From: Octopus sinensis
Lineage: Eukaryota
DNA: 64,000 nt
NCBI RefSeq assembly: GCF_006345805.1
Contig: NC_043009.1
Span: 49,662,001-49,726,000 of the forward strand
Direction of reading: 5' to 3'
In this document: positions 1 to 11,750 of the stretch, one piece after another
Layout: each line of letters opens with the position of its first letter
How positions within the stretch are numbered: the first letter of the stretch is position 1
Translations under genes and position numbers: made by a program
The notes under the pieces: model-generated
Databases searched by the model: none
Seen by the model: the letters and a program-made list of their open reading frames with translations, nothing else
What the model was told of the DNA's origin: nothing

Positions 1-19
1 ATTGCCTAAAGCTTTATAA

Positions 20-75
20 GATGGAACCCCCAGTATGGCAGCAGTCCAATGACTGAAATCAGTGAAAAGAGTAAC
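20..75 (+). mobile_element. 3' tail fragment of SINE family A
   Basis: CCCCAGTATGGCAGCAGTCCAATGACTGAAATCAGTGAAAAGAGT is a diverged match to the family A tail CCAGCATGGCCGCAGTCAAATGACTGAAACAAGTAAAAGAGT. Confidence 0.6.
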
Positions 76-594
76 TATTATCGATAACATTCAATATCTA
101 TGAAATACCATGGGAATTAGATTAATATCCACAATGATACCAAAGATCAGTCATAACTAATATTTATTTTAAAATATTTTTTCCCCCTCTCTCTGCAGAC
201 TGATGCAAATAAAACCATAAAAGTAAAAGACACTTCTCTGCATAGTACACAAACTTATTGTATTTTATAAATTTTATTAACTTATTTTGCCAATGCAGTT
301 TCTCTGCTTTTCATTTAACAACTGATTTTTTATAATCCTCGTCATATGTAAAACTTATGCAAAGGGGGAAAAAAACTAAAAGGATGAATGGAATGAAATT
401 CTCAAAGAATGAAGAAAATTTTGTTCACTGTGGTAGACACAGAGACTCTATGATTAAAAAAGCTTAAGATATTTTAATATATATGGTAGTATTAAATTGT
501 CCATATCTATGTAAACTGCCATTTCCTTCTATCAAATTTGTATGAGAGAGTATGCAGCTGTAGGTATGTTTGCATGTGTGAGCAAATCATATTA

Positions 595-671
595 AATATG
601 TGTGAGTGAGTGTGTATGTATATGTGTGTGTGTGTGAGTGTGTATGTATATGTGTGTATGTGTATATATAT

Positions 672-734
<63 letters not shown>

Positions 735-748
735 ATATATATATATAT

Positions 749-789
<41 letters not shown>

Positions 790-801
790 ATATATATATA
801 T

Positions 802-860
<59 letters not shown>

Positions 861-970
861 GTGTGTGAGTGAGTGTGTATGTATTTGTGTGTGTGTGTAT
901 ATGTATGTATATATATATGTGTGTGTGTGTGTGTGTATATATATTTGCATATGTATATAAATATGTATGC
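595..970. repeat. Compound (TG)n/(TA)n microsatellite
   Basis: Seen directly; explains ORFs 606..872 and 755..982. Confidence 0.95.
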
Positions 971-1579
971 GTATGTAGGCATGTTGTTATTCTATACTAT
1001 ATGTAAATATATGAGAGTATACTGTTTCTAAGCAGCTATATGTTGAATTGTGTGTGTGTGTGTCTATGAGAGAGAGAGAGAGTAAGGGAGCGAGAGAGAT
1101 GGGAGAGAGAAAGAGATAGGGATAAGAAAGAGAGAGAGATGGATATAAATGTTAGGGTATTACATGGCTGTGCACATCATTATTTTACAGACATGCATAT
1201 GTGTGTGTGTGTATATGTGTGAAGGTACATATGATACTAAGTGTGAGGTTGTACTTCAGCTTTATGTAAGTGTGTGTATGTGTGCAAGTATGTATGATAT
1301 TATGTGTCTAGCGCAGATATAGCTGTATGTGTATATATTTCTTTGTCTGTATACTTCATAAATATGCATAATACTAGTGTGTGTATATGCAAACTTTCTG
1401 CAGCCTTGCATGCATATATCCAAATCTGAAAATTGTTACAGCTGTGTCCATGTATGTCCATGTATGTGTGTGCATATGTGAGAGAGAGTGTAGTTGCTAA
1501 AACCCAGCTTCCTAATCCTCGTTCCAACACTAAAGCTTATATATCCAACCTTCAGAGAGGAAAGTCTGGTGTGACTCAC

Positions 1580-1647
1580 CAAAGATGTGAAGATGTCGCG
1601 TACAGTTTAAGGATCCGAAGACTATTCCTATCAATCCGTAATGGTTT
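1580..1647 (-). CDS. Candidate 68-nt internal exon; frame 0 KPLRIDRNSLRILKLYATSSHL, frame 1 NHYGLIGIVFGSLNCTRHLHIF
   Basis: Minus strand has a long pyrimidine tract ending GTTGTCTCTTCACATTAG|AAACC and a donor TTTG|GTGAGT. The sequence is unique and CpG-containing, and two frames are open. No homolog recognised; could be UTR. Confidence 0.35.
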
Positions 1648-1938
1648 CTAATGTGAAGAGACAACACAGTACAAATGAGAGAAAGAGGGAAGGAGAATAG
1701 CTGGGGAGAGGAGAAATAGAAGCGAGGTAGGTAGGTAGGTGGTGATGGTAGTCTGATCTGAACAGGATTTTGAGGACATCTTGAAAGCCCTTTAATTTTG
1801 TCTAAACCTAGATAATAAGAGGTTCGTATTTCATAACAAGAAAAACTATGGCAAAGAAAACACACACACAGGAAATCTAATTATTGACTAAAATAATTTT
1901 ATTGCTAGGCACACCATGTTTCTCTCTTTCTCTTCATG

Positions 1939-1970
<32 letters not shown>

Positions 1971-3099
1971 TAGTTGTGTGTGTGTGTGTATGTATGTATG
2001 CATACATACATAGCCTTATTAAAACTGATACTTGCCAACATACACAACAGTCAAAGGGTTCCCTGAATTACGTAAGAACTACCAGAACTTTCTCTGCTTC
2101 ACAGACTAATCATGGCAGCCACCCATATATATTTGGCTAGGTTAAAGGAAAATTTGCAAGTCTTATGACTTAACCAAATCTAATCTACAAGACAATGAAA
2201 AGAATCAGCATGGGGGTAAACAAAAAACAGATGTTGGTAGAAGAAAGATGAAGGTAATGATGATAATTAGATAGTTAGGTGTAAAATCTCAGGGGTTTTA
2301 AGGCGGGAGGAAACAAAAACATTGTTATGTTGCTTATTTCACTGGGAAAGGAATAATTAATAAGTGAAGCAAAATGGTTATAACTTGGAACCATTTCTGG
2401 ATGAGGACTTGTAACTAAATTCTTCGTCGTGATCTCAAATATGTTACAAACACATATACAGGCATCCACTGTGTGTTACAAGAGGTGTTATGTTACTGAA
2501 AATCGGGCTTGTAACATGGATTATTGTAATGAGAAACCAACTTCACTATTGACTTTGATGTTACATGAAAATCAATGAACATGGAATTTAATGGGAAAAT
2601 GTATTTCATGCTATAGAAGTCCATGGTGAAAGCAAGATTTTGATGAATACAGTCTTTCCACAATGTGGAAGGATGGACGTTTGTAGTATGAATTTAGTGG
2701 TTACTATATAAACACCATGATTTCACACAGACACACTTATGTATATATATGTGTGTCTGTGTGTGTATAAGCAATATGTACATATAAATACAGTCTACTC
2801 CATAAACATACACGTTGGTGTCTAATTTGTAGATATATACATGTGTTCCAATTTATGCTTATTATATATGCTATTTTATGCACAGACAGACAAATGCATG
2901 TGCACATACACAAACACACTCTTATATACATAGACTCATTTTTAAACAAACAACTTCTGTATAAGTATTGTTGGGAAGGAAAGAACTAGGGAAGAAAGTT
3001 AGCTGTTAGTGAGATAAGGAATCTTAAGTTGTGCTCTATTAAACCTCATTAGGGACAAGGAAGTGTGTTTGGTAGACAAGTTAGGTTTACTGTAATGTG

Positions 3100-3330
3100 A
3101 ACCTGTGAGAGAGAGAATGAGACTAGAGGAGGAAACAAGGAGAGAAGAGAGAGAAGGAAAAGATAGAGGACAGAAGGAGAGAGAAAAGAGAAGACGAGAG
3201 AAAGAAAGAGAAACGGAAATGAGAAAGAGAGGAGAGAGAGAGAGAGAGGAAAGAAAGGTGATAAGAGAGAAGTATAGAGAGAAAGAGAGGAGAGAAAGGG
3301 ATAGTTTAGATAGAAAGAAAGAAAAGATAG
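3100..3330. repeat. GA-rich polypurine tract
   Basis: Almost all A/G on the + strand; source of ORFs 3049..3336 and 3105..3368. Confidence 0.9.
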
Positions 3331-3414
3331 GGACAACTCTGCAACATCAGCACCATTTTACAAAATAAAACAAAATGACAGAAAAATCCCAAAATAATGT
3401 TGAAATTTTCTGTA

Positions 3415-3465
<51 letters not shown>

Positions 3466-3672
3466 GACACAAATGCACACACCAAAACATACATGCAGGC
3501 TATGTCAGGGGAAGAATGTTTATTTGTTTTTAATGCAGAAAGAATATGAAACTATTTACAGGTGAGAGGTGTCAACCGTATCAATCAATCATACAAAAGA
3601 GAATTGTTATTTTAATTAAAATATGTAATTTAAAAAAATATAACAAAATAGTAATAAAACTTAGTAAATTAA

Positions 3673-3711
<39 letters not shown>

Positions 3712-3806
3712 CATCTTCTAAAGATTGTTCTAACCCATACCATAACATACTAAAACATAAAATACAGTTTAAAAGCCTTGAAGAATAGAATGGGGACGTG
3801 GAAAAC

Positions 3807-3873
<67 letters not shown>

Positions 3874-3970
3874 TAATAAAGGGAATACCAGTTTCTTATT
3901 TATTCCTGTGGTTTTTATATGAAGAAAATTATTACCCAAGAGAAGCCTTATCTATCTAAGCATCTCTCTT

Positions 3971-4334
3971 ATACTCTCTTTTACTTCTTTCAGTCATTTG
4001 ACTGCGGCCATGCTGGAGCACCGCCTTTTAGTCGAGTAAATAGACCCCAGGACTTATTCTATCAGTCTTTTTTGCTGAACCGCTAAGTTACGGGGACGTA
4101 AACACACCAGCATCGGTTGTCAAGCAATGGTGGGGAGGGGACAAACACAGACACACATACATATATATACATATATACGACGGGCTTCTTCCAGTTTCCG
4201 TCTACCAAATCCACTCACATAGCTTTGATCGGCCTGAGGCTATATAGTAGAAGATACTTGCCCAAGGTGCCACGCAGTGGGAATGAACCCGGAACCATGT
4301 GGTTGGTAAGCACCACACAGCCACTCCTGCGTCT
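3971..4334 (-). mobile_element. tRNA-derived SINE family A, near full length
   Basis: Reverse complement of head GGCGCAGGAGTGGCTGTGTGG...GGTTC (Pol III A/B boxes), core GCCTTGTGAGTGGATTTGGTAGACGGAAACTG, internal (TA)(TG) microsatellite and tail CAGTCAAATGACTGAAA; matches the other copies in the window. Confidence 0.92.
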
Positions 4335-4902
4335 ATATAATCTATATAATCCAGACACATGCATATTTTAGCAAGGGTGAAAAGCAATGGGCATTGGGTA
4401 AAATTTCAGAGGCAGTGGTGGGTAGGTGCATGGAGGTCTAGAACCATAAAATCTCTAACCAAACCCTTTTCAATGACAGCACACACACACACACACACAT
4501 ATATATGATGAATGAACTTTCAGAAAAAATATATACATTTTCTTTCTTTCTCCATGCTATACAGGCTGCACACACATACATACATACATACACACACACA
4601 AGCTCATATATAAACACAAATGCGTGCATATACATACATACACACACACACACATCTATGTAGAGATGTACATAAAATATAATATATGTCCTTATGGGGA
4701 TTTTCCCATGTTTATTGTTGTAATTTATACATCACATGAGGTGCCTAATGGTCGTGTTGGTGGTGGTTGGGGTTGAGTGATGGCTGTGGGTGTTGATATT
4801 CTGGAGCACGAAGAGGAAGGGTATGTGTGGAGGAGAGGAGGATAATAGTGTAACAACAACAGCCCAACCACCTTTTTTACCAGCACCATATTGGCTCCTT
4901 AC

Positions 4903-4949
4903 CATCCGCTCCCCCTCCCCCGTTAGGTTTTTGTTTATACTATTTTGTC
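4903..4949 (-). other. Candidate 47-nt exon ending in ATG
   Basis: Minus strand: branch-like CTAAT, TGTTTTCTGAACAG|GAC acceptor, GCGGATG|GTAAGG donor. Splice signals only. Confidence 0.22.
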
Positions 4950-5064
4950 CTGTTCAGAAAACATTAGTTACTCTATGATACACCACACTGAACACTAACT
5001 TCCCACCCACCCACCCATCTTGCGTCCTCGAAACGGGTTGGAGGTTTCGGGTGGTTTGCCATGA

Positions 5065-5100
<36 letters not shown>

Positions 5101-5548
5101 GCCACTAACCAAAACTAAAAGGGCCGTGTGGGGGTGACATGGGAGTAAAAAGGCCTTTTAGAGCCCGTCAACAACTTGAGATAAAACAAGCCGAATAAGA
5201 AGAAGGGAGATAAGGGTGCGACTAAAGGGTCCGAATGTGTGTGTGTTTCAAGAGGGGGGAAACAAGGACTTAACAATAACAACAATAATATTGAAAAAAA
5301 AATTGCTCAGTAGGTATAAATTATCAGATGTGGCTGTGCTGGAATGAGTAGGAGTGGAGGCGGGGTGAGTAATGCAAGGGTCGGATGATTAAGGATGTCC
5401 ATAGATGAGAGAGTGTAGAATATGGGAGGTGAAGGGGGTTTCATGTTAGTTTTTGATTTATTTATCTGTTCGGTTTATTTTTGTTTAGCCGAGATCTTCG
5501 CAGACATTGACGAAAGCTTCGTGGTCGCACACCAGCCATATCACTCAC

Positions 5549-5760
5549 TCTGTCAACACTTGGGGTGGGTGGGGAGGAATCAGATGATAAGGTGGAGGTG
5601 AGGCAGGAGAGCTGGTGGGACAGGACAAGCGATAGTAGCGGTGATGATGGTGATTGGTTGTAGTACCAGTGGAGACGGAGAAGTAAAAATTGAAGGGGTG
5701 GGGTGGGGAAGAAACCAGGGTAGAACACGGAGACATTTCGGGGGCGGGGAAGCAGGGGCG
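5549..5760 (-). promoter_or_regulatory. Possible alternative promoter / first exon
   Basis: GC box GGGGGCGGGG at 5740-5749, CCAAT (minus) at 5653-5657, G-runs, and minus-strand donor AGA|GTGAGT at 5549/5548. Motif evidence only. Confidence 0.2.
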
Positions 5761-6294
5761 AAACAGGCAACAGAATGTAAGATGGTATTAAACACACAAC
5801 ATATATACACCCCGCTCACCAAATACATCTGATGTATACCCGCGCACGATATATGCACACATACAATCGTACACCACATCACAAGGTTCGCATACTTTCA
5901 TAGAACGCATAAGTACGCATTACATGCGCATACAAAGCAACCTCAAGCTACATAAAAACACACACATATATCGGTTTTATTCCTATATCCTATATACATA
6001 TACATACACCAACATACACAACAGATGTCCAAACAATGCTCAGAGAAGATGGCGATCGAGTTATCAACAGAAGTTTTTAGTTCATTGGCCTTCATGTTGT
6101 CAAAGGAGTATGTGTGTATATGTATATACATAGATACTCTACATAGAGCTGTATCTTCTAAATTCCGGCGGTCAGGTCAAAGTCTAAACATTTGACTGTC
6201 TAATTTCACAAAATAAATAAGATACATAAAACCTTTTGATCGTGAAGTACTCAATTGATGTTCCCTAACACACACACACACAAATAATAAATAA

Positions 6295-7200
6295 ATAATT
6301 ACAAACAGAAACAGCTTTGATCGTGGGTGCTCGACTGACGGATTTCGTTTGGATTTCTTTATTAAAACCACAACAAACTCTTCAGACTGTTACGGAGCGG
6401 TGTCTGGGCTGCTGGCTTTTGGGTACCCGAGGTGTCAGAAATGGCGATCCACCATTTCTGTTTGCAGTTGTCGTGGATTAGCCTCAGGTCAACTCTCTTC
6501 GAGTAGAACTACGATAACAGGCATTTAAGTTAGAAACTCCCAAGTTTTTATTTTTAACTTTGAACTAATTACATTTCTTAGGAAAGTAGGTTTGGGATTT
6601 ATAGAGACTTGGTTGCTATTTCTAGCAGATATAATGACCCCGTAGAAGCACTTTACATTGTGATTACAGTATAACTCAGAGATTGTCGCAGATCTTGGTA
6701 TTACATGTAAGATAGAACTAACCGAACAGTCTCTTAGCAAATGCCAGTACAATGGTGAAGCCTCCAAACTGCCATAGTAAATTGAGTCTTTATGTCTGAC
6801 TACTTACTACAGGTCAAAAGCGTTGCGAGGGCAACAAAGCTAAAAGATCGATTGGGAAAAATTTTTAATGTCTCTTGAGATGTTCAAAAAGCGTTCAAGT
6901 AGACAACTCAGAAGAAAATGGTTTCCTTCGAATAATGCCTAAGTTCTATTATAGATTGGTGGATGATAAATGGCTGAGATGGATGGCATGTGTAATAACT
7001 AATTCAGTATCTTGATAGGTGTTTACAACACAATTAGAGCTTAATTCGACACTTGAAACGTTTACAATAGAATGAGAGCATTCTTGAGAGGACAACGTTA
7101 TTTTGTAAAGCAAATCCTGACTTTGAAAGAAGGAAAATTTCTATGAATGAATCAGAGCAGGATTTTACCGAGAATTGTGACGTTTATGCCATCTGCAAAA
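6295..7200 (-). mobile_element. Decayed, 5'-truncated Penelope-like retroelement (RT C-terminal half, GIY-YIG C-terminus, 3' tail)
   Basis: Frameshifted minus-strand translation gives ordered blocks resembling Penelope-type proteins: NFPSFKVRIC; LVITHAIHLSHLSSTNL..NLGII/ALFEGNHFLLSCLLERFL (thumb region); RLNLLWQFGGFTIVLAFAKRLF; LYLLEIATKSL.IPNLLS.EM.LVQS (GIY-YIG C-terminal pattern). The tail has AATAAA and a hammerhead core, a known PLE trait. Similarity judged from memory. Confidence 0.65.
6331..6391 (-). ncRNA. Type I (minimal) hammerhead ribozyme motif, partly degenerate
   Basis: Minus strand: CUGAAGA (6385-6379), helix II GUUUG[UUGU]GGUUUU-AAUAAA-GAAAUC-CAAAC (6378-6347), GAAA (6346-6343), short helix III UCC, GUC cleavage triplet (6339-6337), then AGUCGA. 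Helix I pairs poorly. Confidence 0.7.
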
Positions 7201-7827
7201 CCCGAGCGATAAGGGCGTCTCCAAACTTATTTCGTCACGGAAGTTATATAAGGTTTTTCAAAAATCACAGAAGCCATGCATAAATTTCACGGACAACGCA
7301 CATCACCCTCGTTTTATATAATATGACATTCAATGCAGGAATTAAAAAAAATTATTGAAAAAAAAAAAATCAGACATCTTATGTTGGCGAAACCTCAGAA
7401 TTTTACCACGGAACCACGAAGTTCTTTGAAACCCGGAGAAACACTAAAAATAGATCAACTGGAAATTGAACTCAGAAACTCAGGCTTGATTTGTAAAGAA
7501 CAACATTATACACTACGCTACAGAAAATATCACATCGCATTCTATCAGTCCAATTGCGTGCACATAACTTGCTCAAGTTTGTATTTAAGAGAGAAGATAT
7601 TTGCGTTAATCAAATTTCAAGAACGTTAAACTAAACAACAACAACAATAACAAACAGAAAAGCAAGACGGGTTTATAACACAAAATGAATACTCGAAATA
7701 AATAAATAAATAAATATAAATATTAAATAAAAAAGATTTAAAAAAGAAAAGAAAAAGAGCTTGAAAGAAATATTTCTAAAGAAGAAAAAATTAGACAAAT
7801 TTCATTCAAAACAAAAAGAAAAGAACA

Positions 7828-7850
7828 TTATATATATATCCATATATATA

Positions 7851-7889
<39 letters not shown>

Positions 7890-7967
7890 ATATATATATA
7901 TATATAATATATATATATATATATTATATATATAATATATATATAATATATATAATATTATATATAT

Positions 7968-8017
<50 letters not shown>

Positions 8018-8037
8018 AATATATATATATATATAAT
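7828..8037. repeat. (TA)n microsatellite
   Basis: Seen directly. Confidence 0.95.
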
Positions 8038-8193
8038 GTAGGTAGTACTGGTAGATGTACATACATGTGTATATGTATGAATGAGTGTGTATATTCTCGG
8101 AAGGTGTATAAATTACATCAGTGCTTTGGAAGAAAAAGAAAAGATAGGAAACTACACAAAAGGATCAACGGTGTTTACTACTACTACTACTAC

Positions 8194-8240
<47 letters not shown>

Positions 8241-8734
8241 GAAGCAACACCAACAGTGGAGCTTGCTCGTAAAACAAGTGAGAAGAAAGAAAGAAGGAAA
8301 GAAAGAAAGAAAACAAAACAATGGTACGAGGAGGTTTAGTGGAGGGAAATGGAACTTGCAGATGAGGACTCCCCCCCCACCACTTCCATTCCATTCCATC
8401 GCCGCCACTTCACCATCATCATCATCATCATCTTTGTCTTAAAAACTTCATTGATTCAATTCATTCACTGGGTTTTACCATCTCCTGCCCCACCCCACCA
8501 CCCCCAATTCAAAAGTTCTTGTCTCCATTTTCATTCTTTGATTTCTTCAAATCTCATTAGTTGTTAGCGTCTGATTTACTTCTTACATTAGGAAATATTT
8601 TAAAGGTGTGACGGAGGTGGTTGCTTTTATAGTGACGTAGTAGTAGTAGTAGTAGTAAAGGTGGTGGTGGTTGGTTGGTTTTATAGTATTGATGCTGGTT
8701 GTTGTATTATTATTATTATTATTATTATTGTTGT

Positions 8735-8779
8735 TGTCGTTTAGCCCTAGGTCAATCCCGATCGAGCAGACTAATATCG
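8735..8779 (-). mobile_element. SINE family D tail fragment
   Basis: GTTGTCGTTTAGCCCTAGGTCAATCCCGATCGAGCAGAC matches tails at ~25400, ~52600, ~57345 and ~61465. Confidence 0.6.
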
Positions 8780-9194
8780 ATCTCTTTACTACCCATATTG
8801 GGGCTAAACACAGAGAGGACAAACAAGGACAGACAAACAGATTGAAGTCGATTATATCGACCCCAGTGCGTAACTGGTACTTATTTAATCGACCCCGAAA
8901 GGATGAAAGGCAAAGTCGACCTCGGCGGAATTTGAACTCAGAACGTAGCGGCAGACGAAATACCTATTTCTTTACTACCCACAAGGGGCTAAACACAGAG
9001 AAGACAAACAAGGACAGAAAAACGGATTAAGTTGATTATATCGACCCCAGTGCGTAACTGGTACTTTATTTATCGACCCCGAAAGGATGAAAGGCAAAGT
9101 CGAATTCAGCGGAATTTGAACTCAGAACGTAACGGTAGACGAAATAATACGGCTACGCATTTCGCCCGGCGTGCTAACGATTCTGCCAGCTCGC
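8780..9194 (-). mobile_element. SINE family B, nested/tandem dimer
   Basis: One head (GCGAGCTGGCAGAATCGTTAGCACGCCGGGCGAAATG, B box GAGTTCAAATTCC) followed by two bodies joined at AAAGAAATA|GGTATTTCGTC (junction 8961/8962). Confidence 0.92.
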
Positions 9195-9688
9195 AATAAC
9201 GAAGGTATTCCAGCCGTGTCCTTTTCCTCGATCAACGGAAAGGAAGGGGCGTGATTTTGAGGTAAAATTTTGCTGCTATTTCTAGCACACACAAAACAAC
9301 CCAACAGTGGCTGCCATCTCGTCGGTTCTAATCGCAGCGACGGTGCGTTGATGGGGAGGTTCATTGAGTTGTTTGATGTCGGTGCCGTGTGGATGTTAGC
9401 AACGATTCTAGTGGTGGTATTTGGTGGTGGCGTCGACATTGTAAAATTTTGGTGGCTGTGATGTTAACAACAGTGGTATTTACATTAGGGTTAATAGTGG
9501 TAATTGGCGGCGGCGGCGGTGGTGGTGGTGGTGGTGGTATTGTTGGTAATAAGTAATTGCAATAGTGGCGTTGGTACTGGTGATAGTAGAGGATACTAGT
9601 GGAAGCGGTGGTGGAGATTATATAAAGGTAATAATTGCAGTGCTTTCCTAGTGTTAGTGTACGTTTGGTAACAAAGCTATATAATGTA

Positions 9689-10101
9689 GGCGCAGGAGTG
9701 GCTGTGTGGTAAGTAGCTTGCTAACCAACCACATGGTTCCGGGTTCAGTCCCACTGCGTGGCATCTTGGGCAAGTGTCTTCTGCTATAGCCTCGGGCCGA
9801 CCAATGCCTTGTGAGTGGATTTGGTAGACGGAAACTGAAAGAAGCCTGTCGTATATATGTATATATATATATGTGTGTGTTTGTGTGACTGTGTTTGTCC
9901 CCCCTAGCATTGCTTGACAACCGATGCTGGTGTGTTTACGTCCCCGTCACTTAGCCGTTCGGCAATAAAAGAGACCGATAGAATAAGTACTGGGCTTACA
10001 AAGAATAAGTCCCGGGGTTGATTTGCCCGACTAAAGGCGGTGCTCCAGCTTGGCCGCAGTCAAATGACTGAAACAAGTAAAAGAGTAAAGAGTAAAAGAG
10101 T
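9689..10101 (+). mobile_element. SINE family A, full length
   Basis: GGCGCAGGAGTGGCTGTGTGG head through (GAGTAAAA)n tail. Confidence 0.95.
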
Positions 10102-11110
10102 AATGTAGTGCTATTGTAGTGGTGGTGGTGGTGGTGAAGTATTGACAATGCCTGCTCTTAGACAAAGATGACATGACCATCTCGTTTGTTTTTGTTCTCC
10201 GTTTCTATCGTTAATTTTTGTTTTAAATGACACAGAACTTGGTTAAGGTTCGTTTACAACCTTCAGCACCATCAATGACTCATGGTAGTAATTGAGACAG
10301 AGCTGAGCATAAATATTTGGAAAATCCCACCAACACCACACCGCGTCCGTGTGTCAGAGAGTGAAAGTGAAAGAAAGAGGAAGTACAGCGAAAGGATGAA
10401 ATGTAATGAAGAAAATAGAAATGGACCAGGGTGGGGTTAAAAAGAATAAGAGGGAAAGGAGGGGGAGAGAGAGAGAGAGAGAGAGAGAAGATTAGGCACA
10501 TCTATTTACGCATGCGTTAATCAAAAGGACGTATATTTTTGTGAAAAAAAGAAATTAAATCCAAACAAAGATTTAACAAAAAGCGCAAAGATATATAGAG
10601 AGAGAGGGGGAGAGAGAGAGAATATAGAATAAAAAGAGGTGGGGAGATATGAGAGAAAGATGAAGACGAAAAGGTGGACGAACAGCCGTGTGAGCGTGTA
10701 TCGCCTGAAGATCGGAAACACGAAACTCGGAGTAACACTAAAGTAGAGTTGTTCAGTATTCAGTAAGTAATATTAAAACCCTGTACCCCATATTGAGTAC
10801 TCTCTTTTTCTTATTTAGTCACACAAAGAACGTTACTGCATCAAAACACACACACACACACACCTCTGTACGTGAATATTTATAACTGAACTGAATAAAA
10901 AAATTAAGACATCAGCACGGGCGGGGTGTGGGGGGTTAAACACGATTCAATGTCATCCACCCTTATAGTTAAGATCATACAGGGTGGCGATGTCGGTATC
11001 TCGAGTCAAAGGGCCACTGTTGCGTGTACAAAGGGTGGTGATAGTAGCGAGTAACAGAAATCAATATGTTTTTCAATGAGATGAAAACATCGAACGAATA
11101 ATCTGTATTA

Positions 11111-11158
<48 letters not shown>

Positions 11159-11283
11159 CACTATTATTTTTATATCCGTCTCTTATTAAGGGTGGATGTG
11201 TAAAAATAGAAATAAATAAATAAGTGGAAATTAAGAACTTGTCGAGACGAAGATTGGGGTGGTTAAAAGAAAGCGCATTACAG

Positions 11284-11364
11284 TGTATGTATGTATGTAT
11301 GTATGTATGCACACACACAAACATAATACAATATATATAATATATATGTATATATATATGTATG

Positions 11365-11395
<31 letters not shown>

Positions 11396-11468
11396 GTGTG
11401 TATATATGTATATGTATATATCTATATGTGTGTGTATATATATATATATTATATACATATCTATGTAC

Positions 11469-11505
<37 letters not shown>

Positions 11506-11640
11506 AGTATATATATACATATATGTACATACATAATATATGTATATATATATATGTACATATATATATATATATACACATATATATATATGTATATATA
11601 TTATGTATGAAATGGATGTATATATATATATATATATATC

Positions 11641-11687
<47 letters not shown>

Positions 11688-11750
11688 ATATATATGTATG
11701 AATGTATATATAATATATGTATGAATGTATATATATACATATATGATATT
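11284..11750. repeat. Compound (TATG)/(CA)/(TA) microsatellite
   Basis: Seen directly. Confidence 0.95.

Noticed and set aside
1580-1620. KLYATSSHL resembling the FGF KLYCATKYHL strand
   Set aside because: Spacing is one residue short and the intron position does not match FGF genes, so no symbol is assigned.
7207-7450. Possible further hAT MITE next to the PLE 5' end
   Set aside because: TIR-like ends are too degenerate and no TSD was found.
8780-9194. Regularly repeated units as a CRISPR array or satellite
   Set aside because: Eukaryotic nested SINEs; no repeat-spacer structure.
9689-9770. tRNA gene in SINE heads
   Set aside because: A/B boxes are present, but the sequence continues into a repeated SINE body with no proper cloverleaf.
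10055-10085. CAGTC-AAAT-GACTG-AAAC in the SINE A tail as a hammerhead helix II
   Set aside because: No CUGANGA upstream; more simply a LINE-type 3' stem-loop.
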